From Catajapyx aquilonaris (lineage: Eukaryota), in contig KZ538633.1 of the NCBI GenBank assembly GCA_000934665.2, positions 1-57,349 of the forward strand: a DNA stretch of 57,349 bases. Direction: 5' to 3'. How positions within the stretch are numbered: the first letter of the stretch is position 1; every line of letters begins with the position of its first letter. The notes under the pieces are model-generated. The model ran no database searches, was not told the DNA's origin, and saw only the letters and a program-made list of their open reading frames with translations. Shown here piece after piece: positions 1 to 11,000 of this stretch. A program made the position numbers and the translations under genes.

Positions 1-171
1 TAATCCCATGGAGTATGAAAATGTATTATTTTTGGAACTTTAAGACGTCATAACTTTTGCAAATATGGACGTCAGCACGAAATATTTCATTTTTGGGTAT
101 CATATATTGTCCTGTATTAGCATGTCCAATTTCATCAAGATCCGTCATTATCACCCCGTGACCTTCCCTTG
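1..171. mobile_element. Right end of a CAAGGG-terminus TIR element (rest lies outside the window)
   Basis: Ends GTGACCTTCCCTTG followed by TCA. Its reverse complement matches the solo end at 34358-34445, and a similar end occurs at about 50942. Confidence 0.6.
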
Positions 172-1704
172 TCAGAAAGGTTGATATAATCGTATTCTAT
201 GGTTAATTTTAAAATTTAAAATTTTTGCGTTAAAAATATTGAAATTGCAAATTTTAAACATTTAATTTTTAAAATTATTACCCTTATTTTTCGCTGGTTT
301 TCACGTATGTTGTAGCCCTACATGTGAACTACATGTGGCCATATCAGTCCAGTTGGCTAGTATAATACTAAGGAAGATTGGGCCTCTTAAGCGAGACCAC
401 CTCCATATATGTCGTCATTATGATGGGTACACCCAACATGCAAATCGCCCCACCTTGCTCAGTGCAAATGTTGATATTCAAGTTGGGATGATCACTGGTG
501 AGAGTACGACACATGTAAGACTCCTTTGGTAGCCCACACCCCCCTCCCCAAGCAAACCCATGAGTCCCACCCCACAAACACAAATTGATTTGTCACTTGA
601 GAGGCGAAATCTCCCGTAATATGATACTAGCCAACATGACTGTTGTGCACACATGTAGACCACATATAGCACTACAACATAACTCAAAACCAGCGAAAAA
701 TAAAGGGGTATAATTTAAAATATTTAATGTTTCGATTTTAAAATTTAAACATTTTTAACAAACAAAATTTAAATTTCACATTTTACCATAGTGTACGCTT
801 CTACCAATATTTCTGAGTACAATGACACCAAATTCACTTCTGTATCTTGATTAGTTCCAGAGAAAAAGCCAAAAGAAGATGAAGAGTCTGTAACGAAATT
901 ATCACTCCCCCAAAATTCGGCAAAAATCAATATTTTCCAAAACACTTTGGTACAATGGTTTAGCGTCGCTGTGTCATCGAAAACCCAGAAAATCATAAAA
1001 ATCCGCCACATGAAGGGTCCAAACGGGGCCGACCTGACAAATCAATTTGTGTTTGTGGGGTGGGAGGCATGGGTTTGCTTGGGGAGGGGGGTGTGGGCTA
1101 CCAAAGGAGTCTTACATGACTGTGTCGTACTCTCACCAGTGATCATCCCAACTTGAATATCAACATTTGCACTGAGCAAGGTGGGGCGATTTTCATGTTG
1201 GGTGTACCCATCATAATGACGACATATATGGAGGTGGTCTCGCTTAAGAGGCCCAATCTTCCTTAGTATTATACTAGCCAACTGGACTGATATGGCCACA
1301 TGTAGGTCACATGTAGGGCTACAACATACGTGAAAACCAGCAAAAAATAAAGGGTAATAATTTTAAAAATTAAATGTTTAAAATTTGCAATTTCAATATT
1401 TTTAACGCAAAAATTTTAAATTTTAAAATTAACCATAGAATACGATTATATCAACCTTTCTGAGTAAATTGATATCAAAAGCACATCTGTCTCACGATTA
1501 GTTGCGGAGAAACAGACAAAAGAAAAATGGCTCTCAAAGAAAAGGCTCAAAATTACCACGCCCCAAAAAACAGGTAAAAATCAAAATATTTCAAAACGAT
1601 TTGGTACAATGTTTTAGCAGTGCTAGGTCACCATAACCTGTGAATATCATTCAAATCCGCCACATCAAGGGTACAAAGGGGGCCCAACTGACATGGAATG
1701 ACCC
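172..1704. mobile_element. Long-TIR fold-back DNA transposon (GGGTCATTCCA terminus, Sola2-like), left part outside the window
   Basis: 172-596 is a near-perfect inverse of about 1035-1463; 600-1040 is a diverged direct copy of 1240-1695; ends ...TGACATGGAATGACCC at 1704. Confidence 0.75.
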
Positions 1705-1959
1705 ACATAATTTATTTTTACAGTGGAAAGCATTGCTATATTTGTGACACTGGTTCAAGTGAAAACATGTACAACTAAAGGGCACCATTGTACCCATTTT
1801 TTTTGAGCAGGGAGTTTAGGCTTCCATGTTGGTCTATTACTCAAAGGTCCGCGTCAAGTATTTAATTGACATCCTCTACGATAAGTCCCTAAGTGTAGTA
1901 TGAAACACTTTTAACAATGCAATGGATATGTCTTCTTACAATGACATACATAATCTTAC

Positions 1960-2089
1960 CCATTAGTCTCAGATGAAGGAGCAGAAATGACAACATCACC
2001 AAGACGGACATGTTTGTTGTAATCAGTGTAATGTGGCACACCCCCACCAACACCAACCAGAAATACATACTCCACCTTCTGAAATGTAC
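1960..2089 (-). CDS. PNP-like gene exon (GTFQKVEYVFLVGVGGGVPHYTDYNKHVRLGDVVISAPSSETN)
   Basis: tttcag acceptor, gtaaga donor; carries the GxGGG...RLGDVV Pfs motif. Confidence 0.9.
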
Positions 2090-5000
2090 CTGAAATTTTG
2101 CAATTAATGCAGTTGTTTTTCAACAATGATCTGTTGGTGCCTTGCCTACCTAGTAGTCTAGTCGTAGTGTTGCCAGCAGCTATCATTGCTTCCCGTGTGT
2201 GACCAACTGTTGGTAACTTAGTACATACAACACGGTGAGAACCTATGTTGCCAAGTGTGTACACATTTGATTCTCCTGGAAAAATTGCCAATTTTAATAG
2301 CTGACATGTCCCAAAAAAATGCGAACATACCGACTGTGGTGTATCGGAAGAACGTTTCCTTATTTTCAATCATGGAATCAACTGCCATTTTTTCACAATA
2401 TTGAGCTGTGATAACAGCTATTGAAGGCTGCTTGGCACGTACAATTTTTGGCATTTGTTTCACAATCTGAAAGAGTGTTGCTGTAAGTTCACCAGGCTCT
2501 GAACTACTTTCCATAATGTCATACTTGAAGTTCTGTTTCATTCTGTACAATTCGAGTATATGTGCCATTATCCATCACTTTGATCAGGCCTTTCTGTGCA
2601 AGTTCATTCAAGTGTTCATCGATATCCTCCTGGCTACTCTGCGTTTGCCTAAAGAGAGGATATTCCTTGTAATGTTGTGACATACGAAGGATAACAATAC
2701 ATACCTTGCAATGTCATCAATAGATATTGGTGTTGGATAGGCTGACTCAATCATTTCCAAGACTTTTTCCTCAGTCAAAATCAACTTCCCAGAAAGTATA
2801 CTCTCATCCATAGATACTGTAAGCAACATAATTTCAAGTCATCGAGAACAAGACAGTAGGACAATATGGAGACAGCAGTCACTGTAATACAGGGTGATTA
2901 TCTCGAATGGAAACCAAGACATTCCTCAAAACGCTTTCACTATGGTATGGTTCCCGATGAAAATTGACATGTCCTTACCTTTTATGTTGGTAAACATGGT
3001 CCGACAAGAGAATAGACCGAAAATGGTCCCCTCCAACATCCAAGCGCTCTTGTTTGCGAGTCTGCATATTGGAGTATACAAGGTGTATAGTAGATAGCCC
3101 CCTAACGTGTCAGGGTGGGGGTTTCTGGCAACGCCCCCTCTTGCCCCCCGCCACTCCCTACCTCCTCTACACCCTACTTCCCACTGCCTTCTACGTCACA
3201 TCCCTCTGCCACGCAGACCTCTTAAGCCCTACTGCGATGACAATTAAACTTCGAAATATTGATTACATGAATTGTTGCGACACACATCTTAAAGCAAACC
3301 TTTAATGACAATATATGAACACAGTCATGTATTTCAAGCATCCGGAGGATCATCCGGTGAAAGTTCCGGTCACGTGTTCCGGTGAATGTCACTCATGCCC
3401 ACTTCATCTCGACTCGTCCATTCCCCTCATCCCAATCCAGGCACGCCATTGGCTGGGAGTGTTGGGTGGGTGGACTGACAAGTTAACCTGCCGGGGAGTA
3501 TATCTGGATCACTTTTGGACAGCTGCTATCTCCTGATAGCAGTTATTTTTTTGTAGCTTGTTGTGCCCCGATTCAGTTGCCCCATTCTATAGCACCTGCT
3601 CTATTCGACCCCCAGTGGTTCGCATATAGCAGACGATATAGAATGAGGCAACTGAATCAGGACACAACAAGCTACAAAAAATAACTGCTATTGGGAGATA
3701 GCAGTTATCCAAGAGTGACCCGGATACTTGATACACCCTGTACATGTGCTGTTGGGACATCATAATGGCAGCAAACTCCCACTGTATTGGGGCTAGAGGG
3801 CATCAATAATTGTTCTGGGCTTGATTCTGTATGTGTGACCCTTCAGTAAACCCTCAAGAAGAAATCAGGTGGCGTCAGGTCTGGCGATCTTGGGTGGCCA
3901 CAGATTTTTCGAAATTAAAGGGACACTCCACTCAAAATACAAGTTGGCCCGCAAAAATCGGAAAAAAAATCCTGATTCCGAATGTGCAATCGGTTTTTTT
4001 CTACGCCCAACGGTAACACGTAAAATCATATATCTACACACGTCGTCTGCTAAGGAGGGCGATACAACACCATCCCGCGGCAAACCGGAGAAGTATAGCG
4101 CGTACAACTGTAACAACTGCCGCGCCAGGCGCGCTAGGCAACACTAGCGCGCCAGCTTCGAGCGCTTTCGAGCCAAACCTGATGTGAAGGATGGCGGACC
4201 ACAGAAAGGTCGGGTCTGTTAGTGCACCCGATGTTTCGGCGGCTGGCTGTAGCTCTGACACAGGTAGAGTCCATCCCGGCGCCCTCGCACCTCCCCTGCG
4301 GCCCTACCAGTGCGAGCCTCCTGGATTCGCCTCCTGGATTCTCGGCACGACCCCCCTATTTTCAATCCCTGCCGATAGGTGGCGCAGGTGTCGTGAACAG
4401 TTGCATACGGTTCGAATACGTTCAGGTTTGAATTCGCGGGCAGAGCTGTACCTGCTCCATTTCCCATTCCTGCTGACAGGCGGTGAGGGTGTCGTGAACA
4501 GTAGCATACGGTTGCAACCGTATTGCCAAAATAAGCATAATGATCCGGTTCCCCTGGGGTCATCGTTCATCGGAAAAAAATCATTATTGGTGTCGTTGGA
4601 ATCGTATTGTTTTGCCCGATTTTTAGGGGCCAACTTGTATTTTGAATGGAGTGTCCCTTTAATAGGTCACCGAAGGTCTGGGCTCAGATCACCAGACCTG
4701 ATTTCTTCTTGTGGGGTTTACTGAAGGGTCACATATTCAGAATCAAGCCCAGAACAATTTATGCCTCTAGCGCTGATATGGTGGGAGTTTCTGCAATTAT
4801 GATGTCACATTGATACATATAAACTTATATGCCAATATGCAGTCTCACAAACAAATGTACTTGGATGCTGGAGGCGACCATCTTGGTCTATTCTCTAGGC
4901 AGAGCTTGTTTGGCAACATAGAAGGTAAGTACAGTCTGCTAAAGAATTACCTTTCCACACCAGGTCGAGAAATTAGCCTCCAACAGAGGTGGTGCCTCCC

Positions 5001-8000
5001 CCTGATGTAATGACTCGCACTCCTCTAGGTAGCACCTCTGTTGGAGGCTAATTTCTTGGCCAGGTGTGGAAAGGTCATCCTTTAGCCGACTGTACATGTC
5101 AATTTTCTTTGGGAACCATACAATAGTTAAAAAGTTATTGAGGAATGTTTGGGTTTCCAATCGAGAGAATCATCCTGTATCTATTGGGCAATTAATTCCC
5201 TTAGGCCTGTATATACCGTATAATGACTGCTTAAATCACAGTGTTGAGTAACTCCAGGTCAAGAGCAGAGGTGAACAGACTCGAGTTGGATCCACATACG
5301 TAACGAAAAACAAGTGTGTAGTTACCCGACTCCAACCATGGAACCATATCTCACTTTTCCTGGGTGTCATGACGACCTGTCCCCCAGTAGCTCCATAATA
5401 CTTTTTTCCAACTCAACTCTGCCCACTATCTTGGAATTCTCTTAACCTCTGCTGGACCTGACTGGGCTCAGCCACAACCTGGATTCACAGATACCAGTAC
5501 AGGTTATGCAGGTATAGGCAAGGTCTCTCAAAATAAAAACAAGGAGTATGGTTTTATGTCCTGCATGCGGTGTACAGGTTTAAAAATTATATCCCTCTTT
5601 CTTGAGAATCTACACTTTTCCCTGAGTGTAGTGCCCATCAGACTTGTCAGCTTGACTGTTAATTGAATACAAACACTTACGTGGTCTGTCTGCTGGTGCT
5701 TCACCCTCTTTCAACTGTTTCAACTCAACCTCCACTGTCTCCAGGTAAGGATAACGATGCTGCATTAATTTCATTATTTTTTTGATGAAACCTACATAAT
5801 CTGAAACACATCACTGGCATAAAAAAACAACAATTAATGTCAGACTTCACCTACTCTTATAGTGTTACCTCTTGGAAATTCCTGGGGACTGACTAGTTCT
5901 TTGAAAAAATCTTGAGCTGACTTGGCTTGTTCTGCCTCTGGAAAATCATTCTTAAACCAAAACCTTAGTTGTCTGCTCTCCTGTGTATGTGTATTGGTAT
6001 TTGCATTGACCAGGAAGACTTTAAATTCCAATGACAGGTGTGGAGGTACCTCTTCCTTATCTCCTGCAAATAAAGCAGTAAGTAAATCAGATAAGCCTGT
6101 TTGAAAGAAAAGAAGGATGGGTTTTTCTTATAATGTTAGAAGAAACTCATAAGCCCATCATAAAAATGAAACAACGATGGTTTTTTCATGGTTACATCTT
6201 GTCATCTGCTTCCCCTAACTTGAGCAGCATCAAGCAAATTGGCAAGAAAAAAAAAACAGGATAAAAATGAAAATATCCACACAAAGTACTTGGCCATGTG
6301 ACTGTAATGCAAGTATCCTAACTGGCAAAATACAAACTAATCCATATTAACTAATGCAACAAGATGCAATGAATACTCAGTGACAATTACATTGCCAACT
6401 AATAATAATGGGTTCCCAGGGCCACTTCTTTTGATCAAATGCACTTAGATGCCTCCCTTTATCATTATTAGAGGTGGTGTGAAAAACATCCACTTCTTTT
6501 GACGAGAATACGCCTTTAAAATCGGATCAGCATTGGGGGGACATGCAGGAAAAGTCAAACATTACAAATTCTGCCATTCTGCCATCCTGCCATTCTGAAC
6601 GAGAAGGTGAACTGGGCTGGTTCCACACTGGCCCGCCCTCTGTGCACCAGAAGGTGAACTTAGCTGGTTTCGCATCTGGCCGCTGTTACCACGGGGAGTT
6701 CATACCAAATATAGTAAACGTGTAATTATGTAACGGTAACAAAACATTATCACCAATTTTTGCAACAGTCGACTTTTCGTGCATGCCCCCCAATACTGAT
6801 CCAATTTTAAAGACGTATTCATGTCAAAAACCTGCGGCTTGTGTCACACAACCTAATGAAATATTTTTTCATTTATTGGTGATGTGGTTGTAGCTAAAAT
6901 CTACCTGTCCAGTAGAAGAAGCACATACTATTGCAGGGGTTGAAATATTCGGATGCAAAGGTGCAATTTGCACTCCAAACTGAGACTTGGAGTGCAACGT
7001 TTGTACTCCAAACTGAGACTTGGAGTACAACGGTTGCACTCCACTCTAAGGATTTTCGAGTGAAAATTTCACTCAAGAAATGAGGATTTTCGAAAAATGC
7101 TATATTTGAGTGACTTTCCCTTGGCGAAGATTTACTCTAACTCAAATTCTCCCTCCCTGCGGAATGAGGCAGGGAGGCTAATAAATGAAATAAGATATTT
7201 AACTCAAATCGAGTGGAAAAATACTCGAAATTTCTTAGAGTGCACAGTTAGTTCTGCTTTTAAACATTGATACACCCGGTAATTAAAAATTACCCACTCC
7301 AAGTAAGTAATTTGCACTCCACATGAAAGTTTGGAGTGCAAACTTGCACATGGACAAATAATTTAAGATTCAACCCCTGCTATTGATCTCTATTGAAATG
7401 CATGGGGCAATCATTATTATTATTGCAATACAACTATCATCATCAAGACGACTGGATTAGACTAACTAATCCTTACCATTTGCAACTTCCTTGTTGATGA
7501 CAATGCCAGCATGGTCTCCACCTGCAACATGCAGATTGCTGCTGTCAGCTGGCACTTGCATTTTTCTCCGCTCCATAAGAATAGTGGTGGAGCCTGCGCT
7601 TTTTTTTTTCGGTGTCATAACAATGTGTTCTGGAAAAGATCAGTTCATATATGGAGTAGCATTTCTCTTTTATAGTGTAGGAGATATTGACCATAAGCTC
7701 AATCAACTTTCATGATGTGTAATGCTTTTTCTCCTTGCATAAGGAAATTGCACGAGCACAAAATTAGGAATGATTTTTTTGCGAAGGTAGGGCTAATCTT
7801 ACATGAAAACTAAGGTGTTTTCTTCTTTTTCTTCTTAGAGATACAGGGACACCATAGTCTAGTTTCTGTAACATCATGCTTACTTGACCTGCAGCCTAAC
7901 CCTTAGTGGGTTAGGCTGCAGGGCTATTCAATTGGCGGACCGCGACACAATTTTGTCCGGACTGCGACAATATACAGGACAGTTTCAAATAGCATTAGCA

Positions 8001-11000
8001 ATTACTAATTCATGACTTTTTGAAAAAAGTGCTACCAATTTCATCAAATACACACCCATTCAAATCTCCCACATTCACCTAAGCTTGTGCGACCTTGAAC
8101 CCAAGAGCCTGTACAGGACATCATAAAGGGCGAAAATGTTTTAATATGTCCTGTCTTGATAGGCCCTTCTACCCTTGCTGCACATGTTTCTATTTTCAAA
8201 AACGAACCCTGTGGTACAATATAAAATCCATATCTGCACCCCCGNNNNNNNNNNNNNNNNNNNNNGGGGGGGGGGGGGGGGGGGGGGTCCGGACCTTCAA
8301 TGGCCCTGGAAAGGTAAATACTGGACCTTGTCATAATCTAGTTGAATAGCCCTGCACTAAGGTGTCATTGGTGACTGCTGGGAGAAGACAACTGAACCAG
8401 AAGTGGGATAATGCCATAAACTACTGTACGTCTTCGGAATCAGGATATAACAACCTGCCTGAATTGTTAAAAATTTCATAACAGAAAAACTTATCAAATG
8501 AAATAAAATAATATTGGCAGCTAGTCCAGATGTGAGCCACTTCTACGACTCATTTGACCTTCAAATATGAATTATACATTTTCCCCTGATGTCTATTATC
8601 AAGTGCATGTGTATAAAGTAAAGATGAGTAGTATGTTGTATTCACTTAGTTGATAAGAGGCAGTACACCTAGCATGCCAATGGGTAAGCTAACTGACCAT
8701 CTTCCTCTATCAGTGCCACTGCTCACTCCTTTAATGCTGAACCTATTTTCACAAGGAAAGTACTATGACTAGATTCATGCATGGCAATCGCTGATACTAC
8801 ATTATGGCTAGTAAGGAAGTCCAGAATATTTTGAAAGAGGCTTTACAAGATATTGAGATGAAGGATTGACACTGAGATAGTAAGTTGGTGTCAGACCCAA
8901 AGTACTTGGGGAAAGGAAGGAATCAAAATGCTTGTTTAAAAATGGGACTCTAACACATGCAGGCTGGTTATTGCATGAAAAAGGCATTTTAAATTCTTTG
9001 ATATATGATATGGATGTGTATTGTTTCTAATCACTATAACCTAGTAATAGAACAGAAAACCATGCATTTGCCCGTTCACTTGCAACAACCACTGCAGCAA
9101 AAATCAATAGATGAACAGGGACATCAATTATTATAATCCACAAGATACTATAACGTCACACATCTGTCCAGGAAACCTGACATATCAATAATTAAAACAT
9201 ATGATATGAGCAGGTTCACCTGAAACCACTTTCAAAACTCCACCAACTTCTCCTAATGGGGATAGAAAAGAAGGTGAAGCTGTTCACGATCATTTTGTCA
9301 TGTAGCTTTGGACCTAAACCATTCCTTAAGGCCCACAACTATATCAATGAACAATTATAAATAGATGCACTTTTTAAAGTGAATTTAACCTTTACTGTCC
9401 CATCACCTACAAACTGTTATGGACACTGCCATGGTTTTCTTTACATGTTACTGTAGAATGTGTTGCACAATAGCCAACTACTCTGGTACCAATACTCTAC
9501 TGAGATGCAGTATTTATACACAGTGTGTTCCAAGCATCCGGGTCCTTTTAGTTATCACTAATTTTGCCTGAAGACGTTATTTTTGTGCAGCTTTTTGTGC
9601 CCCTATCAAGGTAGTCTACCTCATTATTCCCAGGTGTTGGTGAATATATGACTGTAGAAAATTGGGCACCATGATTGTGGCACAAAAAGCTACACAAAAA
9701 TAAAAACGTAAGGCAAACTTTGTTGCAACTAAAACGACCCAGATGCTTGGAACAGACTGTATAATTATGTATTTATTTTAGTTTTATTACCCCATTAAGA
9801 GCCAACAATACTTTAGTGGGACACATTCACTACCTATGTAGTACAAGTCTGGAAGCCAGAATTGATGGCGATTGTGTAATGCATTCTATGAGGGAGGTAC
9901 CAAAATGATTTACAATTTGTCTTTTGCCACAGACACAACGCCCATGCAGGTCGAAAAATAGGCACACATTATAGATAAAATCCTCCTGAAGCAGAATTCA
10001 CTGGTACTGGCACTGGTCAACCTCTCCAGGCCGTCCAGGAACCACTTTTTGGTGGTGCGGCGCACCGACTCCCGGACAACTCTTCACAGTCAACAATGTC
10101 CTCGAAATGGCATCGACGACGGGACTTTTTAAATATATTTGAACAGATGAAAGTCACTGGATGCACGGCCATGGTTGCCTAGTGGCTATTCTACTGGCCA
10201 GCCAAGCAGGAGGTCCGGGGTTCAAATCCCGTCCATGTCAGGCAGTCTCCTTCGTTGGTTGGGTCTTTTTCCAATTTTCACCCAACATGCAATTGAAGAG
10301 TCCAGGGGAAAAAGGGGGAATGTCACACAAAAAATGTTCATGAGAAATCGAAGAAATTGCTTTATTTCTTCACGTGTATAAGGAATAATAGGGATATCTT
10401 CACTTCATTATATGCAACTGTCCCCCTTGTACCCATGGAAAGCCTCCAGGTATAAGTGGCACCTACGGTACTATTGTACTGTGCACTTGGCAGGAACCCC
10501 AATGGAATTTGACATTCCCCCTTTTTTCCCTGGACTCTTCAATTGCACTCCCTTCTCTGCCCAGGGCCAAGAGAAAATCTCTGGTATATTTAAAGGAACA
10601 CTCCACTCAAAACACAAGTTGGGTTCTAAAAATCCTGATTCCGAGGCTACAAGCAGTTTTTCTGAGAGATGAACGGTAAGGCCAGGGTGAAAGCTGGAAG
10701 TGTGAAAACCGCACGCGGCGCAGGTGGCGACGCCACCAGGAGTGGAACCGGGCAGAACTAGACAAGGGGATGGCGCGAATTAAAGGTGCAGTCCCCCCCG
10801 AGCTAAGTGATGCCTTCTCCGCACCGTTGGGGCTTCTGACTGCCTCAGCCTCCATATCAGGTGACGCACTCTCTTTTTTCCATGATATTCGGTCCCGGAA
10901 CAGTCCCGTCCATCCGTGTGGTTTGCCGGCTGGCCGCAAGAAGGGGTTTTGTCGCCACCACTCGCTGCGCAGGAGACTATTATTTTACGAATCTGACCTC

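Larger units (their letters stand above)
2890..5177. mobile_element. Tc1/mariner-derived fold-back element with nested insertions
   Basis: TA|CAGGGTG...CATCCTG|TA; both arms carry degenerate transposase 3' motifs (WPPRSPDL..DFFLWG..KG, LDAGGDH). Confidence 0.8.

Noticed and set aside
4191..4724. 177-aa ORF and overlapping ORFs
   Set aside because: GC-rich interior of a non-autonomous TTAA element, runs through the TIR, no recognisable motif.
8245..8265. N run between C and G tracts
   Set aside because: Sequencing/assembly ambiguity at homopolymers, not biology.
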